From Anolis carolinensis (taxonomy: Eukaryota), in assembly GCF_035594765.1 (NCBI RefSeq), contig NC_085846.1, forward strand, positions 9,969,190 to 10,033,189: 64,000 nt of DNA, read 5' to 3'. Every line of letters begins with the position of its first letter. Positions within the stretch are counted from its first letter, which is position 1. This document shows, piece after piece, positions 1 to 11,600 of the stretch. Made by a program: the position numbers and the translations under genes. The notes beneath the pieces are model-generated. The model was not told the origin of the DNA and ran no database searches. It saw only the letters and a list, made by a program, of their open reading frames with translations.

Positions 1-629
1 CAGTTTGACACCACTGACTTATGGTTCAATGCTATAGAATCTTGGGAGTCATAGTTTTACGAGATGTTTAACCTTCTCTGCCTAATAGTTCCGGTACTCC
101 AACAAACTACAACTACCAGGGTTCTATAGCTTTGATGTAATGAGCTATACAAAACACAATAATGGTTCAAAACATAAGTAGTACACAATATGTATATTAG
201 AGCATCATATACATATTACATTCACAGAATTAATGCTCAGTCCTTTGGTATATAACCCAAAAGTATCTAACTCAGTATTATAAATCAAACAAAATGATAT
301 AAGTCTCTGCAGTCCTAAAAGGATTAGATTGGCTTAAAGGCAAACCGATTCAGAGTCTCTGCAGTTCTAGAAGGATTCCTCAGGACTCCACAGGTTTTGA
401 AACAATAGTAAAGCCAAGGAGACAGAGTCAATGTTGATGTAGATCCTGAGTAGCTGGTTATTGCCTGGAGTAGGTGGTAATATATCCGTTTACGCCGTTT
501 ACAACTGGTTCCCGGGTTTTATCCCAGTTTCGGTAACCCTTCTTCTGGTAAGCGGCAAATGTTTTATTATTTCTTTATTGATGGCTCTGCTTCAGATATT
601 ATGTTTGCAGTATCAATATGCTGCTGTGG

Positions 630-1100
630 ATTTTGTGGTGCAAGTAAGTATCTCTGTAGATCTTAGAAAGCTGTTTCTTGATTTAAAGCATTGGCTTGCT
701 GGCTGATACCCGAACAGAGGATGAGCCGGAGACGTCAATACCTTGGCCCTTTCATTGCTGGCTGCTAGTTCCCGACAGATGTCGGGTGGTGCAGTACCAG
801 CTAAACAGTATAATTTCTGCAGTGGTTTGGGGCGTAGACATCCTGTGATAATGCGGCATGTCTCATTAAGGGTCACATCCATTGTTTTAACATGGTGAAA
901 TGTGTTCCACACTGGGCATGTGTAGTCAGCAGCAAAGTGCAAGGGCTTCACTGTGTCTGGTTGTGATTCCCAGGTTGTGCCAGTCAACTTTCGTATGATA
1001 TTATTTCTGGCAACCATTTTTTGCTTGATATTCAAGCAGTGCTTCTTATAAGTCTGAGCAAGGTCCAGAGTAACTCCCGGGTATGAAGAACATATTGTTA
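630..1100 (-). mobile_element. Vingi/Ingi-type LINE fragment
   Basis: YPGVTLD..YKKHC..ARNNIIRKLTGTTW..CPVW..LNETCRIITGCLRP, the post-RT region of I-group/Vingi elements. Confidence 0.8.
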
Positions 1101-3604
1101 TCATTCTGCTCACATGTTCTCTTACAAACTTCTCTATTTCTACTTTAAATTTTCATTATGATATATACTTAATCTTCAAGCATTTTGACATTTTCTTATC
1201 CAGGATAGTACAAATACTTCACATTTTTTTTCAAAAAGTGTCTATATACTTCTCTTTTAGTGCCCAAGACAATGCCAATGGTTTCCTGGCATTTTTGTTC
1301 TTGCTATTCCTATGATGATGCCGTGTGAAATAGAAAAGAAACACTGCACTGTGGTGAACTTTGGTCTTCTGTGGCGCTCCATTACATTCCCATTTTATCC
1401 AACATATTTAGTATCCATCATCCAACAAGAACACAGTATTCATGGGATCATATTTTCTGGAGGGTTTTTTTTTTGCTTTTTTAATCCCTTTCCTAAATAT
1501 GTGTTTTTATTTTTATATTTTTCCAAACCTTTAAGTTTCCTTAAACATGATCATACTTGCTAATAATGTAGAATATTTTTATGTACATGGTAATGTTGAC
1601 ATTGACAGTGCAACAGGATAGAAAGTTATGCCCTAAGAGACAATCTATGATTCAACTCCAAACAGAGACTGGTAGAAGAAGAAAGGAAGGGAAATGGAAG
1701 TAGCTGGTTGTGTTCTTGTGGTTGTTTATATAAAATACATGCTTATTTTAGTTATGTGTAGTTAGGCTTAGTTATAATCAGTGTTGGAGATTAAAAGATT
1801 ATGAGAAAGTGGTTTTTGAAAAGGGACTTAAAAGAAATGGGTGGCTCAATTGCAAAGGTAAGTATCAGAGGATCAGCAATGGCTTTCCTAGTGTCAACAC
1901 ATGTGAACACTTATGCCATTATGCACTGCAGTGATTTGACAAATTTGAAACCGCTAGCACTCAGGTGCAAACCCATAGACAAGGGGGGGAGGGAGTTTAC
2001 CCCCCCCCCCCCAAATTTTGTGGTAAAAACCTGGTTTCCTCATGAATTTTAAATGGCTAACCCAATCCCCATTCTATTTCTATGAGAAGCAAAAATTAGA
2101 GTCCCTCCAGAACTCCAAGCACTATCTCAACCAAAGTTGAATAATTTATTCACACTGTCATTACCTTCCTCTCCGCCAATTTACATTGCAATAGCCAACA
2201 TAGTGGAAGCGACCAAGTTTTAAATTGCAGATGTTTAATCAACATTTTAGCGTGAAGACAACGTAACTGACATTAGAATTGGACTTATGTAGTTTCATTT
2301 GTTTTTTACCCAATATAATTATCTAATAGTTTTTGAAATATTATTTTAAAAACACCTGAAAGTAGTCATATCACCGCTCTCTTGTTCTTCCTCCTTTCAG
2401 AGCTCTCTCTTACATCCACCTTCTTACTCCTCCCACTGGGGTATAAAAGGAAGGCATGAAGGCAGCTGTGGGTCATTCCAAACACAGGTGTCTTATTGTG
2501 CAATTGTCTGCAATCTTGAATTGCTGTTCTGAGACTTGAAGCCCTGTTAGTTGCTGTTAGTGTTTCCTTTCACCCACCTCACTCCAGCAGATGCCTAAAT
2601 ACTGAAAGCAACTCAAAGCAACTGAATGTATTTGAGTTCATGGCAAAAAAGAAAAAGCTAAAAATTGAAGACCAAGAAGGCAGCAGGTTGAGAACCATTG
2701 AAGTAGCTGGTACTGGTGAAGACCCCAGAACATGCACACCTAGATTGCAGGCGAAAGCTGAGGAAACTCTGGGAACTGAGATGTCATCTACCACTGGTTC
2801 ATCTCATCACTGGTTCATCTCATCTCATCTAAGCCCTACCAAAGAAATCATGGAACAGGAGCAAAGATAAGAAGTAATTTGGTGAGGCACCAGCGCTCCT
2901 CAGCAGAGAAGCTAAAGACCTTGTAAAATTACAACTCCCAGGATTTCACAGCACTGAGTCATGGCAATTAAAATGGTGTCAAACTGCATTAATTCTACAG
3001 AATAGCTGCACCCAGAGTCACAGGCTTACATCCCGCCGTAAGTTTACTGCTGTCAGTTAAGATGATATTGATGGATTTCAAGGCAGGAAATGTAGTAGTT
3101 CTGTCACAACTAATAATGTGCCAAACTCACATATCCAAGGGCTGATGTCAGAAAGGAAAAAGAATAAGAAGCTGTCTTAATTGGAGCACCTATCAGGTAG
3201 AGGACCTTTATAATGTTACATTGAGTTCTATGTTAAAAGGCATTGAATGTTTGCCTATATGTGTAATGTGATCCGCCTTGAGTCCCCTTCGGGGTGAAAA
3301 GGGCGGAATATAAATGCTGTAAATAAATAAATAAATACCCTCAAGAGAGGTGCAAACTCCAGGAATTTGGTGAGGTAAAACATAAATGAGTCCTTTGTTG
3401 ACTAAACAATTCAGCTTGACTGGGTTCAATAAAAACAACAAGAAATTATGAGTGAAAATGGGTGAAACCTTACTTGTAACTTGTACACTGATTCTTATCA
3501 GTGGATATCAATGGAATGCTGAAAAAACCCCTCAACACAGCAGGAAACATGTTAATGAAATAGGAATTTCTCAATGGGAGGAGGTTTCTGTTAATGAAGT
3601 TAGT

Positions 3605-4406
3605 CTTCTTATTATTTGGTCAGTCTTTTCCAACTCTTCGTGACCTCATGGACTAGTCCACACCAGAGCTCCCTGTTGTCCATCGCCGCCCCCAGCTCCT
3701 TCAAGTTCATGACCGTCACTTCAAGGATACTGTCCATCCATCTTGCCCTTGGTCGGCCTCTCTTCCTTTTTCCTTCCATTTTCCCCAGCATCGTGATCTT
3801 TTCCAAACTTTCCTGTCTTCTCATGATGTGGCCAAAATATTTCAACTTTGCCTCTAATATTCTTCCCTCCAGTGAGGAATCAGGCATTATTTCCTGGAGG
3901 ATGGACTGGTTGGATCGTCTTGCGGTCCAAGGCACTCTCAGGATTTTCCTCCAGCACCAAAGTTCGAAAGCATCTCTCTTCCTTCACTCAGCCTTCCTTA
4001 TGGTCCAGTTCTTGCATCCATATGTTACTATGGGGAATACTATTGCTTTCACTATGCGGACCTTCATTGCCAGTGTGATGTCTCTGCTTTTCACTATTTT
4101 GTCGAGGTTGGCCATTGCTCTCCTCCCAAGAAGTAAACGTCTTCTGATTTCCTGGCTACAGTCTGCATCTGCAGTGATCTTCGTGCCTAGAAATATAAAG
4201 CCTGTCACTGCCTCCATGCTTTCTCCCTCTATTTGCCAGTTATCACTCAGTCTGGTTGCCATAATCTTGGTTTTCTTGATGTTTAACTGCAGCCCGGCTT
4301 TTGCACTTTCTTCTTTCACCTTGGTGATAAGGCTCCTCAGCTTCTCCTCACTTTCAGCCATCAGAGTGGTATCATCTGCATACCTAAGGTTGTTAATGTT
4401 TCTTTC
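3605..4406 (-). mobile_element. BovB/RTE LINE 3' fragment
   Basis: NINNLRYADDTTLMAE...GLQLNIKKTK...WTARRSNQS..LKYFGH..RGRPR; one in-frame stop. Candidate TSD AGTTAGT at 3598-3604 and 4407-4413. Confidence 0.92.
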
Positions 4407-5059
4407 AGTTAGTATGGCCCTGATATATGGGAGTGGGGAGTGCTTTGTGTATGTGTGCTTTGAGCTCTTCACCTTCCATGCTATTGTGATAAGATTATGT
4501 GAGTTGAATATACACAACCAGATGCAGCTAGATAGACACTTTAGAAAGGAAAAGGGTGTTGCAGCCCCTTTGACTTTCCTGGAGTGCTGATCTGCCAGGA
4601 TTGCCAAATTGCAGGGGGAATATTAAATATAAATTGATAGATTTCTAGAATTTATGAATGATTGAAGGGGAGCGAAACGGACTTCTGGAGGTTCGTGAAT
4701 GGAAAAAAAGTTATGAATGGACATGGTCTGCCCTGATCATATCAGGGAGATCGGAGTGCTTAGCCATTTCCCTCTTAGCTGACTCTCCCCAATGCGATAT
4801 GGTTAGTAAAAAGAGTATGGAAATCCTTTCTGTTGTGCAGCCCAGGGCGAGATTTGGTGAATAAAGGAAAAGGCGAGGCAGAGGAAATAGCCTACTGGCC
4901 GTTTGCAGGCTGAGGCTCCGTCAGTTCATGAATGTTCATACAATTTTATATTACATATTCATATTTTAAGGGATATGATTTCTTAGTAACAACATCCTGT
5001 GTAAAAGTAAAGTTTGGAAATTTCCCCCTTGTCCTTATATCTTTTTTTTCTTCCCAGAT

Positions 5060-5123
5060 ATGACAGTTTGGTCTTTTGGAATTCTGATCATTGCTGTTGT
5101 GATTATGGGCAGCATCACAATAG
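5060..5123 (+). CDS. C-type lectin gene, signal-peptide exon
   Basis: Polypyrimidine tract and cccag acceptor at 5057, ATG at 5060, hydrophobic 21 aa, donor G|gtgaga (phase 1). Confidence 0.8.
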
Positions 5124-8100
5124 GTGAGACTGATGAAGGAGTAATGAATGGGCAAGCAGGATTAGCTGATTATTTCCAAGGGGCCATAGCTAGAGATTCC
5201 TAAGGTGAGCCTCCAACTCTGTCTTTGGAAGCTACTTATATGTCACCAGAAAAGAGAAAATGCTTCCTTTCAAAAGAGGATGAAATATTTATAAATCTGC
5301 ATAAAGAAAAATTATGCAGATAGGACACATATCTACACAATGTTTCTATATGTAGATTTATAAATAGATATATAGACATACATTAAAAATAATAATTTAT
5401 AACATCCATGCACCACAATCGGATGCATTGCTTTGAAAAAAAAATGTGTGAGACTTGAGTCCCAACTATAGGGATTGTAAACGCCAACCAAAATTGTTGA
5501 TCATAGATGTCTACCAGGTTCCTAGAAAGAGATGCGATCCTTCAGATAACCTGAGCCAGAGCCATATAAAGCAGTGTAGGTCAAAACCTGAACCTTGAAT
5601 TGTGCTGTGCTGGCAGCCAATGGAGCTATCACAACAGGGGAATTGCCCACTCTCTGCAGCCAGCCCCAGTTAGCAGTCTGGCTGCTGCTCTTTGGACCAA
5701 CTGAAGTTTCTGAGCACTTTTCAAACGCAGTCCCATTTAGAGCACATTACAGTAGTCCAACCATGATGTGACCAAGGTATGTACCACTGTGGCCAAATCT
5801 GACTTCTCCAGAAACAGGTCCAGTTGGCACAGTACCTTTAACTGTACAAAAGCACTCCTGCTTTGTTACTACTAGCCATGTACTTATCACATTTTCTATT
5901 GAGTCATGTTGTCTCATGATATGGCCAAAGTGAAGTTGACTTCTAGGGAAAATTCAGGATTCATCTGTAGGTAACTGTCAAGAGGTGTTTGTATATGTCA
6001 CATAAGTCCCATAGGAGACCTTAAAGATTTCCTAAACCCCAAAATGTCCCAGAGACATTTTGGGTGAGAAAGAGAGTTGTAAAAAGCTACATTTTCTTTT
6101 TAGGTTTGGGAGACTCCAGGCGTAAGGGCTGGTGGAATAAGAATGATGACAGACACGGAGATAGAGGTATGTCTGTTAAGTATATACATGTTGCTTTTTC
6201 TTGCAGTCAAATGAAACATGTGTGATCCTCAAGGTTATTTTTATGGCCACCGCATGAGGTCTATCATTAAAAAGTGCACAGTATTTCGCCGTGTGTTTAG
6301 GTAATTTCCATTGTTCACATTTTTAACAAGCTTCTTGGGTTGATGTGGAAAGAAAAGGGTGAGAAAGAGAGAGTTGTAAAAAGCGATATTTTCCTTTTTA
6401 GGTTTAGGAAACGCCAGGCTTAGGGGTCAGGGGAATGATGATGATGGTGATGATGATGATGGTGGTGGTGATGATGACAGACGCCAAGATAGAGGTATGT
6501 CTGTTAAGTATACATGTTGCTTTTTGTTGTAGTCAAGATGAAGACACTTTTGTGACCTTCAAGGTTATTTTTGATGGTCACTGCAAGAGGTCTATCATTA
6601 AAAAGTGCACAGTATATCCCCGTGCGATCATGTAATTTCCATTGTTCACATTTTTTACAAGCTGTCCAGAGAAGGGTGATGAAAATGGTAAAAGGTCTGG
6701 AAGCCAAGTCCTACGAGGAGCAGCTTAGGGAGTTGACTATGTTAGCCTGGAGAAGAGAGCGTTAAAAGGTGACATGAAACCATATTTAAATATTTGAAAG
6801 AATGTCATATTGAGGAGAAAGCAAGCTTGATTTCAGCTGTTTCAGAGATCAATACCCAGAGCAATATACTGCCACAATGTGGTGGAGTCTCATTCTCAGG
6901 AGATCTTTAAACAGAGGCTGGATGGCCATCTATTAGAAAAACTTTGTGTCTCCCTGCATGGCAGAATGGGGTCCTTTGGCTCTTGGGTATTTTCCAACTT
7001 ATGATTCCATATAGCATATGGAAGCAAATTCCTTCTCTTTGGCCTAGGCGTATTATGAATACCTCTGCAGATCTTAAAAGTATTTTTTAACACCAGCTAT
7101 TTAAACATTTTAAACAGAAATTCCAGGAATTAAATTTGGAACCTTTTGCACACAATGAACTCTGGATGCTCTCTATAAAGATGTGTTGCTGCCACTTTCC
7201 ACGGTATGGATTTGTCCTTTCCTTCTAGGTCCTTCCCTTCTGTTATGTCCTTGCTCTCAAGGATGCTGTGATGATCAGTGGTACCAGTACAAAGATGCTT
7301 GCTACTTTCCTGTGCATACCATTGAAAATTGGGAACGAGCTAAGGTATATTGTGACATGTGTTTTTGTTTTCTTGTTCAAATTTTCTTATCCTAAGGGAT
7401 GACCAGAAGCCTTATATATAGAGTGTACCAAAGGTCCTGTCCTGCAAATATCAGAGAAAATGTTACTTTATGTCATTTGCAAAAGAAAGCATTCAGAAGA
7501 AATGGCAGTCAATACAAAGACTGAATTTAATTTATATAACAGATTGCCTATGGGACATGACTTTTGACACATGATATATCCCTACTAATATTTCCAAGTA
7601 TGGTTTGATTCCTATCTGTGGTCACAGAGCAGGGATGGACAATTTGATGAATCTATTAAATGGCCCCAACAGAATGCATTAGCTGCTGAAGCCATTGATT
7701 GCCCCTGAAATTTAGTATTTTGCACAAAATCTATTTCCCATAAATGAGATTAAGGGCTCTTTCAGATTGGTCTGAAGCAAGGTGTGTTCTCGCATTATAG
7801 CTCCTTGGATTTTGCTGGGTTTTGCCAGTTGTTGTCATCTTCTGTCTAGTAATGCTCCTGTTTCACTGTCATTGCAAGCAGGGCCGGCCGGAGATATTTT
7901 TTGATGTGAAGCGGGGGTGCTGAAAAGCGCCCCCGCCACCGGCCCCGCCCAGCGTGCCCTGGCCCCGCCTCCCACGCTGCGTGGGAGGCGGGGCCAGGGC
8001 GAATAGTGAGGGGGCGGGGCCAGAGTTGGCCCCGCCCCCCCATCCAGCATGCCCTGGCCCCGCCTCCCACGCAGCGTGGGAGGCGGGGCCAGGGCGAATA

Positions 8101-11100
8101 GTGAGGGGGGCGGGGCCAGAGTTGGCCCCGCCTCCCACGCTACTCCCGCTTGCCCGTCTGGCCTTTTCTAACAGGCCAGACTTCAGCGGAGGGACCTCCG
8201 CTGAAGTCTGGCCTGCTAGAAAAGGCCAGACGGGCGAGCGGGAGTAGCGTGGGAGGCGGAGCCAGCTCTGACGCCGCTCCCCCCCCCCCCCGCCCAGCGT
8301 GCCTTGGCCCTGCCTCCCACGCAACGTGGGAGGCGGGGCCAGGGCACGCTGGGCGGGGGGGCGGGGCCAGAGCTGGCCCCGCCTCCCACGCTACTCCCGC
8401 TCGCCCGTCTGGCCTTTTCTAACAGGCCAGACTTCAGCGGAGGTCCCTCCAGGCCGCAATCGCGGCCTGGAGGGACCTCCGCTGAAGTCTGGCCTGCTAG
8501 AAAAGGCCAGACGGGCGAGCGGGAGTAGCGTGGGAGGCGGAGCCAGCTCTGACGCCGCTCCCCCCCCGCCCAGCGTGCCTTGGCCCTGCCTCCCACGCAA
8601 CGTGGGAGGCGGGGCCAGGGCACGCTGGGCGGGGGGGGGGGGGCCAGAGCTGGCCCCGCCTCCCACGCTACTCCCGCTCGCCCGTCTGGCCTTTTCTAGC
8701 AGGCCAGACTGCAGCGGAGGTCCCTCCAGGCCGCGATTGCGGCCTGGAGGGACCTCCGCTGAAGTCTGGCCTGCTAGAAAAGGCCAGACGGGCCAGGGCG
8801 CACTGGGTGGGAGGCGGGGCACCGTCAGGGCGGTGCCCCGCCTCCCGCCCAGCCTGACGGCGCCCCCCCGGGCCTGCGCCCGAGGCGGCGGCGTCAGGGG
8901 CCTCAATAGTGGGGCCGGCCCTGATTGCAAGTGTTGGAAAGGGCCCTTATTTTCCTCTGCTTATCTTACTGCAGCAGAACTGTGAACACTTCAATGCTCA
9001 TCTTGCCTCTGTTCATAGTGAAGATGAAGACAGCTTCATCTTTCATCTGATGCGGAAAAAAGAAGGTTACTGGCTTGGAGCAGAGAAAATTGATGTAAGA
9101 AATGGGGTAGAATGGGGAGCTATAGTTCTTTTAGGGTGCTTCCAGACAGCACGAAAATGCAGGTTTAAATGGGGGTTAAAAAATCCCAGGACCTAACTGC
9201 AGGTACCCACACAGACTTGTTAGTCCCAGGACTGGGTCCCTCGCCATCCTCACAGGCTTCCTCTGTATTGGAACAAGATGGAGGGAGATCAGGGGGCATT
9301 CCTGGCTACAGGTTTAAAATAAAGAGTTTCAGAAAGTTTTAATTGCTCTCCCTTCGTGCTTCCTTTAAATCAGCTGTGTGTCTGTTACACAGCCAATCAG
9401 CTGATCGGCTGTTTCAGGATTTTAAAAAGTGGATGTGTGCTGGAGCAATCTCCATGGGGGAGGGAAGGATATCACTTTTTTTTTTTTTTGCAAGTGCAGG
9501 GATATACAGTGATGCACATGTGCACATTTTCCAGCTGGAATCAGGATAAAAGAGGACCCTTTTACTCCGTGTTTTTCATCGGTTGCAGTGAATCAGTGCA
9601 CATTTAGTGCTAGCGTCATGTAGCCCCCCCCTTAACCTGGTAAATGCCATGTTTTAGGTGCTGTGTAGATACGCTCTGTATTACACAATCCAAGTGTTTC
9701 TATATCTCATCCTTTTTGGTGTTTAAAATATAGCACAATTATCCCTATCAAATGAAGAATCTGGATCATTTAGATCACTGATAAAAGGGAAAGGGGGTGA
9801 ATTGTTTCTCTGGTATTCCACTTCATTGCATTTGTGATTATTTGCATTGGTACAGAAGTTTCCACAGATGCTTAAAGGATTTTCAAAACAGTAAAGCTGA
9901 AAATTCCTTCTATTGGACTAGAGAATCTCCCAGCTGACACAGCCACTGTGGGGCTTTTCCACTTGGTATTGGCCATGCTGGCTGGGGGATCTGGGGAGCT
10001 GTTATCCAAAAAAATAACCTCTCCAGTCTCTGTATATTTGCTTCTTTTGGATAGCTCTGAAAGTGTATCCAATCAGATGTATTCGGCAAGGCTTATTTGC
10101 AGAGCAATAGCAGGGTGGGCATCATGGGGCACCTCCCAGCTGCCTGGGCAAAGGTGGGGAATAACATTTGGAGGAATGCACCATTCTCATCTTGGGGTTT
10201 TAGGACTGCTATCTGAATTGTTCAATCAAGAGTCTCTTCTGGTTTTCACATTAACCTCTTTTTATTTTATTTCCGGATCTTTAGGACAGAGCAACACGTT
10301 GGAAGTGGATTGATAATTCCCCCTGGGATTACTCTGATAAGATGATAGACCATAACAACCCATTTCATGTCTTGGCAGTCGACAAAATGCATAATGAAGG
10401 TTTGGAGGGAATGGGGAACAGTATCTTTTCTCTCTTTTTTTAAGCACATTCAGCACACTTTTTCCATTCAATGGAAACTTCCATTGAGATCCAGACTACC
10501 TCCTAGGTTTCTCTGACATTACCTTTGGCAAAGTAGGACATGTAAGCAGTATGTGAGTTACTTAACTAAAAACTTTACTAATTAGAAAAGTACATTAAGG
10601 GCATATATACATACAATGCCTAAACTCTAACTACAGGAAAATTGCAAGAGGAACAGCTTAGCAGATCAGGCATTCACCATCTTGAGCAGTGGTTTTCAAC
10701 CTGTGGGTCCCCAGGTGTTTTGGCCTACAACTCCCAGAATTCCCAGCCAGTTTACCAGCTGTTAAGATTTCTGGGAGTTGAAGGCCAAAACATCTGGGGA
10801 CCCACAGGTTGAAAACTACTGATTTTGAGGGAGAAAAAAAAGAGAGATAAGAGGAGGAGGAGATGGACTGTTTCATGTGCTTGCAGATATATCTGTAAGG
10901 TCCTCTGGTCAGATGGTGTGGTTGCTTAAATGCATAGATACTTTGGTCATCAAGCATCAAAACAATAGGGAAAAGTTCCACAGGCATGCCAGAAACTCTT
11001 CTAAAGGCTCATTGCTCTAACTAATGAATGGGAGGTAGAGAGAGAATGCTGAGCTGAGAAGTATTTGTCAACAAAAAGAAAGTCCTGTAATATGACAGAT

Positions 11101-11428
11101 TAAAAAACAAGCCATGATTGCAAGCTTTTAGCTGCCTAGACATACAGTTAGAAACAGTGATTTTATGAAGCATAGTTCTTCAAATCCCCTAGCCAGCCCC
11201 TTCATTTTTCCAAGCTCTGTCAAAATATGCTAATCTGCATGCAATAAAAAGAAAGGGATAATGTGAATTAATAAAAAGGATAAAAAGACACTCTGCCAGA
11301 TAGATTTCATTGTTCCCATTTTTACTTCTCTCTCCTCCCCCGCTTTTTTTCTTTCAGCTAAAACATATTGGAGGATTGTACCTAAAGACTCCAAATGTAA
11401 TTATGTCTGTAAATACCTATTGGATTGA
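5060..11428 (+). CDS. Secreted C-type lectin domain protein (atypical, REG/snaclec-like architecture), spliced; 213 aa with both mini-exons, 161 aa without
   Basis: Exons 5060-5123 (MTVWSFGILIIAVVIMGSITI, signal peptide), 6104-6166 and 6402-6494 (phase 1-1 mini-exons), 7229-7344 (..CPCSQGCCDDQWYQYKDACYF..WERAK), 8975-9094 (QNCEHFNAHLASVHSEDEDSFIF..YWLGA), 10285-10399 (RWKWIDNSPWDY), 11358-11428 (YWRIVPKDSKCNYVCKYLLD*). All introns GT-AG with matching phases and no internal stop. AATAAA at 11595. Confidence 0.85.
6104..6166 (+). CDS. C-type lectin gene, mini-exon A (GLGDSRRKGWWNKNDDRHGDR)
   Basis: ttttctttttag acceptor, AG|gtatgt donor, 63 nt, symmetric phase 1, open frame. Confidence 0.6.
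6402..6494 (+). CDS. C-type lectin gene, mini-exon B (GLGNARLRGQGNDDDGDDDDGGGDDDRRQDR)
   Basis: Paralogous copy of mini-exon A with an in-frame GAT/GGT expansion. 93 nt, same splice sites, phase 1-1. Confidence 0.6.
6660..7010 (+). mobile_element. CR1 LINE 3' fragment; others at ~15640-15860, 18020-18600 (-), 62920-63120 (-)
   Basis: VQRRVMKMVKGLEAKSYEEQLREL..L..R translation and a CR1-like 3' end (TTCCAAC..TATGATTC). Confidence 0.75.
7229..7344 (+). CDS. C-type lectin gene, CTLD exon 1
   Basis: C-x3-W-x6-CY motif and W-x2-A; acceptor ttctag, donor AAG|gtatat. Confidence 0.88.
7879..8923. mobile_element. Non-autonomous hAT DNA transposon with GC-rich internal tandem and palindromic repeats
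   Basis: TIR CAGGGCCGGCC / GGCCGGCCCTG; perfect 8-bp TSD ATTGCAAG at 7871-7878 and 8924-8931. Confidence 0.92.
8975..9094 (+). CDS. C-type lectin gene, CTLD exon 2
   Basis: C-x4-AHLASVHS-x-DE and WLG (WIGL-like) motifs; NAGNAG acceptor, donor gtaaga. Confidence 0.88.
10285..10399 (+). CDS. C-type lectin gene, CTLD exon 3
   Basis: WKWIDNSPWDY motif; acceptor ctttag, donor AAG|gtttgg (phase 1). Confidence 0.85.
11358..11428 (+). CDS. C-type lectin gene, terminal exon
   Basis: W...YVCK terminal motif, TGA at 11426-11428, strong acceptor ttttctttcag. Confidence 0.85.
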
Positions 11429-11594
11429 AGATACCAGAACTGATGGAATACTCCTGGATCAAAATAGCTGCGTTGTGGCTTTCATTGGTAATGATTATTC
11501 CCATAGTAGAAATTATTCTGTACAGATCACTACCAGCTAATTTCTTTCTATAATAATCAGCCCTATAGAGGAGTGAGCTTTTGCGTGGCATAAG

Positions 11595-11600
11595 AATAAA
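11595..11600 (+). terminator. Candidate poly(A) signal of the lectin gene
   Basis: AATAAA 167 nt after the TGA. Confidence 0.55.

Larger units (their letters stand above)
6062..6663 (+). repeat. Two-copy tandem duplication (~300-bp unit) containing a mini-exon
   Basis: Units start GGGTGAGAAAGAGAG..TTGTAAAAAGC at 6062 and 6357 and end CCATTGTTCACATTTTT..ACAAGCT. Confidence 0.9.

Noticed and set aside
3616-4590. 324-aa plus-strand ORF
   Set aside because: Antisense shadow of the BovB RT fragment; no independent protein features.
6207-6300. Apparent extra exon (ttgcag...TAG|gtaatt) in the duplicated unit
   Set aside because: Stops in all three frames, only 40 nt from the preceding donor, and the donor context is degraded in copy 2.
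6435-6635. Poly-Met ORF
   Set aside because: Wrong frame of the GAT repeat; the splice-compatible frame encodes poly-Asp.
7835-8985. Cluster of Gly/Pro/Arg-rich ORFs on both strands, and a CRISPR-like look from the repeats
   Set aside because: They arise from GC-rich repeats inside a hAT element with TIRs and a TSD; there are no unique spacers or cas genes.
11310-11540. 76-aa ORF overlapping the last lectin exon
   Set aside because: The phase-1 splice uses a different frame, which yields the CTLD terminal YVCK motif.
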